From Octopus sinensis (Eukaryota): a stretch of DNA of 64,000 bases. The translations under genes and the position numbers were made by a program. Location: assembly GCF_006345805.1 (NCBI RefSeq), contig NC_043004.1, forward strand, positions 5,766,001 through 5,830,000, given 5' to 3'. Below, piece by piece: positions 1-13,454 of the stretch. Each line of letters begins with the position of its first letter. Within the stretch, counting starts at the first letter, position 1. The notes below the pieces were generated by a model, which saw only the letters and a list, made by a program, of their open reading frames with translations, searched no databases and was not told where the DNA came from.

Positions 1-56
1 CTCCAGCATGGCCACAGTCAAATGACTGAAACAAGTAAAAGAGAATATAAACCTAC

Positions 57-126
57 CTCCTTTAAAATGATATCGCTGATATTTTGAGCTTGACTTGGGT
101 TTTTTTATACACAAAAGAACTTGTTT
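57..126 (-). CDS. Candidate exon of an unidentified minus-strand gene (KQVLLCIKKPKSSSKYQRYHFKG)
   Basis: Acceptor ttgtttcag and donor GAG|gtaggt. Only one of the three frames is open, and it is phase-compatible with candidate exon 2708-2747. No recognisable homology. Confidence 0.25.
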
Positions 127-184
127 CTGAAACAATACCATTTTCTAGCTAGTTCCCTGTTAGTTCACCAAAGGTGATATGGCA

Positions 185-420
185 TTCATCATCATCATCA
201 TCATCATTTTTAACATCCACTTTTTAATACTTGCACGAGTGTGATAAAGTTTATTGAGATAGATTTTTTCTATGGCCAGATTCCCTTCCTGTTGCCAACC
301 TTCAACTGTTTCCAAGCAAGGTAATGGTTTCCCCATGGCTGGACATGTTTTTTTCAGAATATTGTGTATTAATGACATACTAATGACATCGGGTGATGTC
401 AAGACAAGGAGACATCTCTG
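185..420 (-). mobile_element. SINE/LINE-tail fragment (family E tail ending in (ATG)n)
   Basis: Shares cttcctgttgccaacc...ccaagcaaggtaat...ccccatgg with copies near 9700, 36450 and 56750. Confidence 0.55.
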
Positions 421-481
421 AAATATTAATTTTTTCCTTTTAAACAATTTAATGAAAAGCTATAAAATCATCTCTTTCTTT

Positions 482-731
<250 letters not shown>

Positions 732-988
732 AAATAGACAAATGATAGAAAATGGAATGAGCAACATTATTTACAATCTCTATAACTGTAATGATTTTAA
801 AATAAAGAATGTCACTCATTCCATTTCCTATCATTTATCTATTTAAATAAACTCTACAGCTACAATGAAATTCCTCATGTATACCCAGTAGCAAGAGTAC
901 TTCCACTGTATGATGACATCAGGTAGCCAATAACTATGGATGAGCTTTGCATAGTATACTGCAAGGTGTTTACCTGAGTCTTATTTAA

Positions 989-990
<2 letters not shown>

Positions 991-1060
<70 letters not shown>
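991..1060. repeat. (CA)n microsatellite
   Basis: About 35 uninterrupted CA units. Confidence 0.95.
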
Positions 1061-1062
<2 letters not shown>

Positions 1063-2707
1063 AGTTTTGGTGAAACTCAGATAAATGCTATTAGAGAAAT
1101 AACAGCAGAATTATCTTAGCACTACTACATATAATTGCTCTCTACATCTGTATTGAGTACTTTCTGATCTGGATTATAAATTACACCAAAGAATCCAGGT
1201 TAAACTCTGGCCTCATGAGTCCTACAGCTCATGATACACTTAAGTTGAAGTGTAAATTCACATGACTGTGTATTTGTATGTTTACATATACATATGTGCA
1301 CGTGCACACACACACACATACAATTAGATAACTTTTACATATTACTATTGAAAAATGGTATGAAAACCCACTATATACACAGAGAGAGAACTATCAAGGT
1401 TATATATATATATATATTACAAAACAGGAAAGTGGAAATAATTCAGGGTGATTATTTATTCACCATTACATGTGTTTCATTTGCTAGTAGGAATTACAAA
1501 GTTTTACATGTTAGATAGACATGTAAGGAATTTCCTATTAGAAACTCTTCAGGCAGAGAAATTAAATAGGGATTTACCCTAACTACCTACATAATAAATA
1601 TATATGTATATCATGATAATAGGATGAAGATGACAACAACAAACTTAAACCAGCACATTGTTTAATCATCAAATCGAAGCAAAGTTATTAGAATGAATTT
1701 AGTATACATCTCAGCTTTTGGGGATTTTTCTTTAAAGTGTGTTGTCTAGTGTTGAACAGAAATGTAAAATTTATAATGGAAATGGCTGTGACATTAACGT
1801 TACCTATTGTAATAATAGCTGTCTGTAAACTGCATATAATAAAATAGTATAAGAGAGAGAATTTGGAAAATGGGAGGAAAGAAGAGCCATAAAGAAAGCA
1901 AGTAGATTTACATATATCTACCTATAATGGAAATGTGGGAGATGAATGGCTGCTGGATAATTGCATATAAAATTCAATTATAGATAAGACTAGTCAGAAA
2001 AGAAAAATCAGAATGTAGAAAGGGATAGAAGTATGGAAAGTGTAAGATTATATAAAATTAGAAGTAATTAATCAAGACTGATACCTAACAAAAATGAGAA
2101 ATAATAAATTAAGACTGGTGACTAGTTAAGAATATACTAACATAATATCTTAGTTAATGGGCTTAAAATGTTTGTGTGTGTTCATGAAAGTTGAAAAATA
2201 TTTTAAATGATTGTTTAGAAGCAAATCTATTGCATGGTAAATTCTGTGGTGCAGGGATTACATGGTTTCTTATAAGGAATTTGATAAAATAACTTCTTTG
2301 TTATCATGCTGGTGTTTGGAACATATATTAACAGGAAATTCTAAATGGAAGATTTTAATTTAGATAAATTTATAATAGGGAATTTGTGTAATAAAACTGG
2401 GGATAGTCTCATACTATCTCCAATAAAATATTCTCATATCATTTACCTTTCTTTCTTTCATCACCCATTTTCTGCTTCAGCGCACCCACCCACCCACCCC
2501 AACTGCACTAAGCACCATACCTATTCCCTCATTAACAGAATGTCATCTCTCTGGAATTCCTTATACACACACACACACACACACACATTTTCTTTTTGTC
2601 TTTTTTTCTGCTGTCTGTTCAAAAGGGACGAGTATTTGTGAATGACATGGGCACAGCCCCTTCCTTCAAACCAAACAAATAAAAAGAAAAACAGAAAAGC
2701 AATCTAC

Positions 2708-2747
2708 CTGATGTAACAGTGAATTGATACAGTCATGATAACCGAGG
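2708..2747 (-). CDS. Candidate 40-nt exon of an unidentified minus-strand gene (LGYHDCINSLLHQ)
   Basis: ctctttaacag acceptor, CAG|gtagat donor, open frame. Confidence 0.25.
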
Positions 2748-2875
2748 CTGTTAAAGAGTTAACATAGGGGTTGAAATTCCACCTTGTTACCAATGCTTAA
2801 CATTCCACACAACTATTGTCTATATTTGGTCTTCAATATTCGAGAACTATACTCTATTACTACTATCTTAACTAT

Positions 2876-2884
2876 ATTATTATC

Positions 2885-2938
<54 letters not shown>

Positions 2939-2948
2939 GTTGTTATTA
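2876..2948. repeat. (ATT)n microsatellite
   Basis: Seen directly. Confidence 0.95.
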
Positions 2949-2953
2949 TGAGA

Positions 2954-2995
2954 TTTTCTTCTCTCAATTTTGTTTCCATTTCTTGTCGAGTGTTT
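2954..2995 (-). mobile_element. Very short 3'-terminal fragment of the R4/Dong-like element
   Basis: tcaattttgtttccatttcttgtcgagtgt matches tcaaatttgcttccatttcttgccgagtgt at 23747-23776 and abuts the (ATT)n tract. Confidence 0.6.
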
Positions 2996-3589
2996 TATAT
3001 ATTTTTTTTTCTTTGGTTGTTTCTGGATTTTATGGCACCTCCTTTTGTGTTTTGTTACATTTTGGAAACACTTTTGCTTTGTTTTTCAGCATTTATCCAG
3101 TTGAACAAGTCCAAATATTTTCTAAAGTTGAGGAATTATGTTTTGTAAATATTGTTACCTCCTTCATTTCTGTTGCTGCTTCGTTGGTCAATGTCATTTT
3201 TTTTTTTCCTTTCTACTTTTTCTTATGTTGTTGTTGTTTCATGGCTGTGGGCATATTCTAGTTTTTGTTTCCAATATTTTAAGAAACTTAAGTTTGTACA
3301 GAATTGCTGAGATAGTAGAGAGTCTGTGTAGATAATTTGACACCACACAGTCTGAATTTAAATCCTGCAGAGTTCAACTTTATCTTTCATTTGTCTGGGT
3401 TTCATAAAATTAGTCCCAGTAATGAAGCGGAATCAATTAATATCTAGTTTGTTGTATAAAATTATAAATCACTGCTTGTTGACTCTCTCTGTTTCTCCCC
3501 TCTTTCTCATTCTGTCTCCTCTCTCTTTCCCTCCTCCACCACCACCACCACCACCACCCCCCCACCACCACCACCACCCCACCCCCCAA

Positions 3590-3740
3590 TTTTCCTTGCT
3601 GGCATGGATTGGGCAGTGAGGCTGAGGGTTACATCTGACACCATTGTCTGTTTTGGCATGGTTTCTACAGCTGGATGCCCTTCCTAATACCAGTCAGTTC
3701 ACAGTGTGTGCTGGGAGTATTTTACATGGTACCAGCACCA
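3590..3740 (+). mobile_element. SINE family C (catcatc...ggatgcccttcctaatgccaaccact type)
   Basis: gcatggattgg...gtttctacagctggatgcccttcctaat recurs at 15500, 26430, 30240, 35810, 59725 and 61920. Confidence 0.75.
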
Positions 3741-4100
3741 GACAGATCAGGCCTTATAAAGGAAGCATATACCATATTTGATGGAATATAAAACTCACTT
3801 TTTTCCCAAAGAATGTCTCAAAAAATTGTCCCAAGTCCTATATATAAGACCTCTCATCAGTTAATTTTGCCCCTGATGCTCATTTTTTCCTGGATATACA
3901 CTGCCAAAAATGGGATGTGTCTAATATACTTTTTTATGTCATCAAATACAGTATGCTTTTCTTCTGTTCCTGCAGCAGGTTTTCTAATATTCTGATAGAT
4001 TTTTGTGGCCTTACATTCCCTTATGCCTTACTTAACAGTTGAGTTTCAAATGCATCTGAGTCAGCAGATTAAAATATTGGCTTTGGCAATTAAATGCTTA

Positions 4101-4478
4101 TCTTTTACTTGTGTCAATCATTGGACTGTGGCCATGCTGGGGCACTGCCTTGAAGAATTTTTAGTCAAACAAATTAACTCCAGTAGTTTTTGGGTTTTTT
4201 TAAGTCTGGTGCTTATTGTATCAATCTATTTTATCAAGCTACTAAGTTTGGACATTAACAGACCAGCACTAGTTGTCAAGCAGAGGGCAGGACAAACACA
4301 CACACATGCATACACACATGAAGGACTTTTACACAGTTTCCATTTACGAAATTCACTCACAAGGTACAGGTCAACTCAGAGCTTTAGTAAAGGACACTTG
4401 CCCAAGATACTCCAGTAAAGGTACTTGCCCAAAACTGTGGTTGCAAAGCAAGATTCTTAACCACACAGCCATGCCTGC
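4101..4478 (-). mobile_element. tRNA-derived SINE family A
   Basis: Matches the recurring consensus (ggccatgctggagcacc tail, internal CA/TA tract, cactcacaaggc, tRNA-like head). Confidence 0.8.
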
Positions 4479-4901
4479 AACTATGTTATAAAAGAAAAAG
4501 ACGCTGAAAAGTCTGAGAGAAATAAACAACTACAGAAAGTTATGAATGTTCTTTTTTACTGTTATTTAGATTTGATCTGCCTTGATTGAACAGTCTCATG
4601 ATTAAAGCCAACTCAGCCATGACCATCTGGTCTTGTGTATTCGACTACATTGTATAATGTGTTCTGTTGTGTTGTTTGGTTCCAGTTGAACTCTGAATGA
4701 ACAGACCGATGATGAAAGAGATGTGATTACTATTTCTAGCGGGTCGAATGACCACACTAAGGCTCCTTCATTAGATTGTCCTGTTGTATAATTATTAGAG
4801 GAGTGTATGAATGCAGAAATGAGGGAGAAATGAAGAACGGTAAAAAGGGTTTAGTTAATTTTTCCTATTTCAGATTTGATCAAATGTATTAAACATTTGA
4901 A

Positions 4902-5282
4902 GGCACTGGCATAGCTGTATGGTTAAGAAGCTTGCTCCTCAACCATGTGGTTTTGGGTTCAGTCCCACTGTGCAGAATCTTGGGAAAGTGTCTTCAATTA
5001 TAACCCAGGTTGATCAATGTCTTGTAAGTGAATTTAATAGATGGAAATTGTGTGGAAGCTTGCTGTGTGTGTGTATGTATTTGTGTAAACTCCCAAACCA
5101 CTTGATAGACGGTGTTGGTTAGCTTATGTTCCCATAGCTTTGTGGTTTGGCAAAAGAGACCGATAGAATATATACCAGACTTTTTAAGAAAAACCTAAGT
5201 ACTTGGGTTGACTCGTTCAACTAAAGCCCTTCAAGGTAGTGCACCAGCATGGCCACAGCTGAAACAAGTAAAATGACAAGAG
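4902..5282 (+). mobile_element. tRNA-derived SINE family A
   Basis: Head with A/B-box-like tagctgtatgg and gggttcagtccc; tail ccagcatggccacag...gaaacaagtaaaa. Confidence 0.8.
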
Positions 5283-5930
5283 AATCATACGAAAATATGT
5301 CAACTGTAGACTTTTAGTATTTTTTATTCAAGATTTACATAAAATGAAATTTACATTTAACTGGGTAACATTTTATAATTCTCCCCCAGCCGTTTCCTGT
5401 GATGAAATAATACTGACTGCAAGCAATATTTCAACAGCTAAGATTTCTGAAAGAGGTCTTCATGTAATAATATTGCGAAAGAGTTTTCGTGTGGGAGAGG
5501 TGGAGAGGGGTGGTGCTAGTTTCACCAAAAGTCCGTCCATGCCCTACTTTGGTTTATTTATCCAGCTTATGGCCCTGTTTGAGACAGTTAGGTTTGTTTT
5601 ATCTCTGGTCTGGCTTGGCTTTATCAGTTAGCAATTTGATCAATGAATAGAGAATTGAAGTGGATTTTAAAATTCCTGTATTCTTCAGGATCTCACCGAC
5701 CTATCATCTCACTCACTGCCAACAAACAACATTAAAAGCCCAAGTCGACTGTTCTATATTGATCGACATCCACTGCTGTCACTGCCAACACCGCCCCCAC
5801 CCTAGTTTCCTCTCTTGGAGTTGGTTGACTTGTTTATCTCTTTCTCTCTTGCCATATTTTTTATCAATCTGTAGTTCACACTTTTGATTGTATCTATCAA
5901 TCTCTCTTTCTCTCTCACTATATATATATA

Positions 5931-6116
5931 TGTTTCAGTCATTTGACTGTGGCCAGTCTGGAGCACCACCTTTAGTCAAGCAAATCAACCCCAGGACTTA
6001 TTCTTTGTAAGCCTAGTACTTATTCTATAGGTCTCTTTTGCCAATTCGCTAAGTTACGGGGATGTAAATACACCAACATCAGTTGTCAAACAATGGTGAG
6101 GGGACAAACACATACG

Positions 6117-6158
<42 letters not shown>

Positions 6159-6246
6159 CACATACAACAGGCTTCTTTCAGTTTCTGTCTACCAAGTCCA
6201 CTCACAAGGCTTTGGTTGGCCCGAGGCTATAGTAGAAGACACTTGT
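5931..6246 (-). mobile_element. SINE family A, head-truncated
   Basis: Consensus match that stops at gaagacacttg, directly abutting the next copy. Confidence 0.85.
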
Positions 6247-6399
6247 GGGAGTGGCTGTGTGGTAAGTAGCTTGCTTACCAACTACATAGTTCTGGATTCA
6301 GTCTCACTGAGTGACACCTTGGGCAAGTGTCTTCTACTATAGCCTCAGGCCAACCAAAGCCTTGTGAGTGGATTTGGCAGATGGAAACTGAAAGAAGCT

Positions 6400-6461
<62 letters not shown>

Positions 6462-6670
6462 ATGTATATGTTTGTGTCTGTGTTTGTCCCCCCAACATTG
6501 CTTGACAACTGATGATGGTGTGTGTGTATGTCCCTCGTAACTTAGCAGTTTGGCAAAACAGACCAATAGAATAAATACTAGGCTTACAAAGAATAAGTCC
6601 TGGAGTTGATTTACTCGACTGAAGGCGGTGCTCCAGCATGGCCGCAGTCAAATGACTGAAACAAGTAGAA
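6247..6670 (+). mobile_element. SINE family A, near full length
   Basis: ggagtggctgtgtggtaagtagcttgcttaccaa head, internal (TA)n, standard tail. Confidence 0.9.
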
Positions 6671-7049
6671 AGAAAAAAAAAGAATATATATTTGTTGTCA
6701 TAATAAAAACAAGTTATCATTAAACGAAAGGATTCTCAGTAGTTTTTGTAGTGTACATATTAAGGCTAAGCAGACCAAAACTTCGAAGTCACTGTCGACA
6801 TTATTGTTGGTGAAGAACAGTATATACAGGCCTATATAATGCTTTTGTAACTTTAAATATATTTACTACAGCCAATTCTTTGGATGTCACCCACTCAGTT
6901 AATATATGACGCATGTATGTGTGTAAATAAAGAGTGTGTGTTGTAGAGAGATTGAGTGGAATTACCATTTGTTTATTACTTCACGTATGATTACGTGTGT
7001 GATGTGTGTGTGTATGTCATGATTTGCTGTTGACTAATTCCACTATGGA

Positions 7050-7990
7050 TGCTGGTGTTTGCTACTGCTGTCGCCGTGTCGTTCTGGCGTGGCTGTGGCT
7101 GCTGCTGCTGTTCTTACCATTCCTACTGCTGCTGCTGCTGCTACTACTACTACTACAACTACACATGATATGAGAAGCAACCTTGTTAAGAGAGAGAGAG
7201 AGTATGTTGCGGTGTTTACTAGCTGCTATGCAGAATGCCAGTTTTCACATCGCTCTCATACCAAAATTCAACAACATCGAACCAGTCTTCTCTCTATAGG
7301 CCATTATTATTAACTCTACACACAAACCTCACTTCACATTTTCAAGCACCAACGGCTTCCTTTAGGATTCCTCGTGCTTAACTTTTCATAGAGTTTCTAA
7401 TTTAAACATTTCTCTCGACTAACCGTGGTGGTTGGAGGTGGCGGAAAGAACGAAACCGAATTCCAACGTACATAACTTGTGTGTATATGTGTTTGCATGC
7501 GCGCGCGTGGTGTGTATGTATGCTTGTATGTGTGTGTGGAGGAGATTAAAAATTCTCGACCGAGGTTACGTCTCTTCAAGAGCCATGTTTAAAAAAAAAA
7601 AAAAGAAATTCCATTGACAAGTGAGCTACTGATGCAATGGGCGCACAGTGGACGTGCAAGTTGGTTCTGATCTTTTACAGTTGACAATCTTGACTGCCTG
7701 CCTACCATTCCTCTACTTGCAGGGTTGTTGGGAAACTTGGTCTCTTTCCAATCCCACCACCCATTTATTTTTGTTGTTGTTTCGGTGTTTCCACTAAGTA
7801 TTGGTCTGGGTTGACTTGTTTTACTGGTAGAGAGGGAGGGGTTAATGACAGAGAAATAGAAGGAGGTGTGTTAGAAACGAGAGGGAGTGCGCGGAAAGAG
7901 TAAGCTTAAAAATAAGGAGAAAAAGAGGGTGAAAGAATTTGTGTGCTTGTCTAGAAGAGCGATAATCTCTCTGCGTGGAGCCAGTCAATG
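7050..7990. promoter_or_regulatory. CpG-enriched, putative (possibly bidirectional) promoter/5' region
   Basis: CpG is visibly more frequent than in the flanks (e.g. tgcgcgcgcgtgg at about 7500) and the region is SINE-free. A minus-strand ATG|gtaaga lies at 7120-7112 and a plus-strand donor-like gtgagc at 7621. Confidence 0.45.
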
Positions 7991-8859
7991 TTTATTATAG
8001 CTTCTTTTCCTCCCAAATAAATCCATTTACTCATAACTTCCTAAATAGCTATTGGATATTTTTAAGAATTGAGCACAATCAACATAGGTATTGAGTTTCA
8101 GCTGTAAAGAAATTAATATAATTCTCACGAACTCTACGTTTCTGTGAAAGCACACACTTTTCCTAACTTTTTAATCAATATGAATTTCATAAATCTTATT
8201 TACCAGTCTATGTAAGCATCTCGACATAGTAATATAAAATCATAAAATACCACCGTTGGAAGTTTAGCTTGATTTTATTTCTTTATTTTATGTATGTTTC
8301 TGTTTGTTTATCTTAGCCCTAAAATAGTTGACTCAATAATAGCGATTTAGTTATTTAATCTTTATAACGTAGAAGCTTTTAATATATTCATCGTCATCAG
8401 GCATTTTAAGGAGAAGTGGAATGGAAGTATTTCTCTTCTCTTTTGTGAAAGTGTGGATTGAAAAGTTTTGAAAATACAAACATTTACTCTTTATCGCGTT
8501 CTTGGATTATGAACTAGGTGTTCCCCCATGTTTGGATTCTCTTTCTAATGTTAATTAGTACCCACAGAAGTGTGTTTGTTATTTTCCCCATCTCTTTCCT
8601 TCTGGCTATCTTTGAGAGAAGTAGTTTAAGATATCATGGAAAGCAAGTCGTTCGGTTAACCACAAAGCCATGGTTTTTCTGCATATCTCTTTATCTAACG
8701 TCATGATAAAATAACATTACAACCACTTGTAGTTGTGTCTCCTCGCGAAAAATTAAGGGTTGTTGTTGTTGTTATTATTTAACCCCAGGTCACCCTTGAT
8801 TGAACAGGTCTGTGATCAAAGGAATCCCATCGTTTTATGAATCTCTTTTATTTTTTCCT

Positions 8860-9135
8860 TGTTTCAGTCAGTGGACAGCGGCCATGCTGGGGCACCGCCT
8901 TGACGCGTTTAGTCGAACAAATCGACCTCATTACTTTTTATTATTATTATTATTTTTAAAGTCTGGTACTTATTCCTTTCATTTGACAATTCCAACTACC
9001 AAGTTAAGTGGACGTAAACAGACCAACACCGATTATCAAGTGGTGGTGGGTGATAAACACTAACACTCACTCATACGCATGGAAATCCATCGTACTTATT
9101 CTATCAGTTTTTGTTGCCAAACCACTAAGTTAGAA
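8860..9135 (-). mobile_element. SINE family A, partial
   Basis: tgtttcagtc...gcggccatgctggggcaccgcc tail consensus. Confidence 0.7.
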
Positions 9136-9257
9136 ACAAATAAGTAATATTTTGATGTTTTTTGTTGTGGATTGAATAATCTCATTGATCCGCTAATACA
9201 TCGTGTTCCCGTAAAGCATGCAATTATTTATTGATATCCTCCATTTTAAAACGGTTT

Positions 9258-9450
9258 TAGGCGAGCTGGCAGAATTGTTAGCACGCCGGACAAAATGTTT
9301 AGCGGCATTTCGTTCGACTTTACGTTCTGAGTTCAAATTCCACCGAGGGCAACTTTGTTTTTCATCCTTTCGAGGTCGACAAAATAAGCACCAGTTTCGC
9401 ACTGGCGTCAATGTAATCAATTCTCCCAACATATCAGGCCTATTATTATT
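9258..9450 (+). mobile_element. tRNA-derived SINE family B
   Basis: ggcgagctggcagaattgttagcacgccgg head, gagttcaaattcc B-box-like motif, ttttcatcctttcgaggtcgac core. Confidence 0.85.
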
Positions 9451-11918
9451 ATTTTAAACTGCTGTCCAGTTTAACATTACCATTGGGACTTTGGCTACTT
9501 TAGCAGAGTTCACTGTTAGAAGCATTCACTCACATTTTCTTTACAGATTTTCAGGGTCGGCACAGGATGCATTGATCTCACCATTCTAGTAAAACCTGTA
9601 AAGGACACAAGCACTGTTCCTTTGCCTATGGCTAATATACCATATTTATTCAGTGTGTGATCTTGACATTGCATAATTGTTAGAAATCAGGGTCATTGTT
9701 TCCGATATTCTTTGAAAGCATGTCTGGCAATGGGGAAATATTAACTTGCTTGGAAACTGCTAAGGATTGGCAACAGGAAGGACATCCAGCCATAGAAAAT
9801 CTGCCCAGACAAACATGGAAAAATGGATGTTAAGGCGATGATGATGATGATGTTATAAACCTTGCTAGGATTCACAGCTAGATACAATGCACAAAAAATA
9901 TCTTGAGATATTTAGTTATAACATTTTTATGTTCTTGGTTCAAATCCTGCCAAGACTGAAAATGACCTTCTTCCTTCCAGAGTTGTTAAAACAAGTTGAG
10001 TATTAGGATCAATGTAATCAACTGCAATCAATCCTTCAGATTTGATCCCTATATATCAGCATGAATATTAGAAATCAATATTTAGATGGTACACCTGCCT
10101 TTGACCTTTGATTTCAGAGTCAGTTCTATATTTTCACCTATTCACATATATTCTACCTACAATATTAAACATACTTCCTCTACTCCCTCACAGTTCAGTA
10201 CCTTATCTACTTGGCTCTGCTGACATTCCTAACTTCTGTTAGGCTGTGGTCTGTTTATAAATTATAAAATTGTTTAGATGATGTATTTATAGAGTAAACT
10301 TTGAATATAATTGACTGTCAGTCCTAGTTTGGTATTTCTATTCCTGGATTCCTAACTAAACTACTGTTTGACATAGATGCTGGTTGTTATTGAGAATTTT
10401 AAGTAAATTTATATCAATGTTTCCACAAAAATGTTTATTAAATTTCTGTTTTCTTCTTGTTTGTAAATTATTTTACAAACACCTGTCATCGTTTAGATGG
10501 TATTAATTAGTGTGCTATTTGTTAGGGAGGTGATTTTGTGTTTGCTGATTCCCAATTTGGTGTTTTACTAGAGAAATAATGTCTTCAAAGCATTAAATCA
10601 TTGCAAAAGTTTTGAGGGGTTTTTTTCTTGTTTTTTGTTTTTTTTTAATTTGTGGGTAAGTAGGTAGACGTAACAATTTGATGGAAATGAGAGATAAGGC
10701 TCAACCAGCCCCTCAAGAGCTGGAATTCAAATCAGATAATTCCACTTGATCCATTGCAAAATGTTCAGCTAATTCATTTGCCATCTGTTGTTGACATGGC
10801 TCTATTGAATGGTTCTCATGATTTCACCCCCCACTCCCGTCTTCTCCACCTTCACCATCTCCAAAGTTACTTTCGTTTTCAGCCCCTATCTTACTCATAT
10901 TCGTGTTTATACAGTAGTAATGGCTTCTAACGATGCCATTTTAATTGTTTATCCACAACAATCTTACACTAATTTGAAGCAATTTCTTTCTTCTTTTTAT
11001 TAGATCATTTTACTTCATTAACAATTACTGACTATCATTAACTCCTCCACCATCACCACCACCTTACTACAAACACACACACACACACACACACACACAT
11101 GTGCTGCTTTGTCCTGTTCACTATTCCATTACTACCTCCTTATAATTCCCTGCCAGACACCTACCTTTCTCTCTATATTTCACTATATCTCACTAGTATT
11201 TTACTCTATGCAATGAAATGAAAAACATAAACCGTTTATAATTTCCAGAATATCATTTTAGCACAGATAAAACATAAGCAGCATCTCTTTTCCATAAACA
11301 TTCATTGGTAAGGCTCTTATACTTAATCTCTTCTCTTATTTCATAGACAAATATTTTGAACAACTGGTTCTTCTAATTTCATCCTTTTCTGTTTCCATTC
11401 GAGAGGTGTCTCTATTTTGAAATGAAATTCTTTCTCTTGTAGCATAATCAATAATGCTCAGATTATTCTTCACTTCTTTTCAACTGTTTCTCTATGTTCA
11501 GTCACTTTCTGTCAGTTTAACTGGTGCTTCTCAAAGAAATTGTTGCTCTTTAATTGGAGACAAAATTTATTCTTTTATACAGATATATGGTAAATTCCTG
11601 TTTTTAAAAATAGTTGCAGAAGGAAATATATAAGATTGTGCAAGCTATCTTTTACAGTACAAGCTTTTTACTAATCCCTATAGTATTGGGGTTTTGTTGG
11701 AGTTTTTTTTTTTTTTTTCCTAAAAGTTACCAGTAAAAATGTTTGACATCTTGACTAAGCATTTTGGAGTTGATATTGAAATCATTAATGTAATTGGTCA
11801 TTTTTTTTTAAGACTGACACTAGATCCTTTGATCAAATGACTATTAAAAACAGTCTTATATGAAGTAAACTAAGTTTGCAAAATGGATATATGTCTCAAA
11901 ACAGCAGATTTTTCGTAG

Positions 11919-11983
11919 AATATTCAGAACTGGCTTCACTGAGGATTAATTTGGAATATCAGTGCTCCCAAGGAAAGTACAGG
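11919..11983 (+). CDS. Candidate upstream exon of the CAP-Gly gene (YSELASLRINLEYQCSQGKYR)
   Basis: tttttcgtag acceptor, AGG|gtaatt donor, one open frame. Not directly phase-compatible with 19465, so a further exon would be needed. Confidence 0.25.
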
Positions 11984-12319
11984 GTAATTCTCTCATAAAA
12001 TTGTGCAATTAATTAGATTATTATAACTTGTGAAATTTGAGTCTTGGTAACATTGGGGAATAATTAAATCAACCCAGCACTGAAGGTTCTGACATTAGAT
12101 GTCAGCATGGCCTTGCCTCTGCTGCAGTGACCTCAATCTACAACTAAAAACTCATTTGCCTAACAGTCTCCTGGGCATGTGGAAAGGGAGGAGCTATGGA
12201 GGCAGTAGAAAAGGAAAAACTACAACCTTTAGATTGTATGTGATGTGAAATCACTAAAAGTTCATGGACTCACATCATTGCAACATTGCAGTTTATTAAA
12301 GAAGCCAAATTATTTCTCT

Positions 12320-12480
12320 CATTTTCCACACTATTGAGCTGGCACATCAGCTTTTCTTCCATGTTCTGAGTTCAAATTCCACTGAGGTCGACTTTTCCTT
12401 TCATCTTGTCAGGGTCAATAAATAAGTATCCCCCCCCACAAAAAAAAAAATTTCAGGCCTTATTCCTATGTAGAAAGAAT
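12320..12480 (+). mobile_element. SINE family B, decayed
   Basis: gttctgagttcaaattccactgaggtcgacttttcctttcatc. Confidence 0.7.
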
Positions 12481-13454
12481 TATTTATTTATTCATTTATT
12501 ACAGTTCTTTCTTTAGTGCCTTCAGTTTATTAAACCAAGGATCAACTGACTCAGTTTGACTCTGTGGTTGGTTATTGCTGATGGCTTATCATGTCAGTTT
12601 TCTAAAAAATGTGTCTGTGAAATAAAAGAAAAAAAAAATGTTCCAAAAACCTTTGAGAAGATATCAGTAATCCTGTAGAAAGGTGCAGGAAACTGTGTGT
12701 TTGTTATCTGATAAACCTGATGACTTGTCTCCTCTGTGCTGTGTGTGGTAATACTAGGGCCTGGCTGGCCTTTGCAGGCTCCATTTGGGCTTATTTGGAA
12801 TATCTCAATACAAACTATATAGTATTTACTATGACTTCACCTGATGCCAGTTGCCTGGCAACACTGAGCAAACTTGTGTCAAAATACAGGTGGCTCCACT
12901 TATCTTGCATCTTGCAACAACAGACTATATGTTTGAAAGCTGTCGAAATTTCTCTCTAAATTGGTTTCTTTTTAAAGAATTCTTTGAAAAGAATTTTTTA
13001 ATCATAATCTCAAAAATTTTACTGACTTCAAAATCTGTGCAAGTCTATAAACAATTCTATTTTCAGTTAGTTCTGCAATTATTAATGTTTAAATCATTTT
13101 TACATATATAGATTTTATCACTGCTTCAGTCAGAAGTTCATTTTAACAACTAAATATTCCCAGTTTACTAATATTTATTTAGAGAAATTTTTCTTTTTCA
13201 TATATCTTTTTTAATAACATCAAAAATATGAGAGGAAGCTAAATAGAGAAATTAAAGTTGCTCATATGAAGCAATTAATAGCTTTTCTTAGATATAAAAC
13301 TTTTCCCTTGAAATAATAGGATTTTTTATTTTGATTTTTAATTCGTAATTTAAAATTATGCAGTTTTAAATAACAGTGTTTCAAGATTAATCCAAGGAAT
13401 AGAAATTATTACCATTTCTGCTTCTTCATTTATTTATTTGTTTTTGTTTATTAG

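Noticed and set aside
6247-6320. tRNA genes suggested by A/B-box-like motifs
   Set aside because: The motifs are SINE heads continuing into SINE bodies; no complete cloverleaf with an acceptor stem was seen
12720-12959. 79-aa ORF as an upstream CAP-Gly gene exon
   Set aside because: Weak donor (gtggct), phase does not link cleanly to 11983, and no recognisable motif
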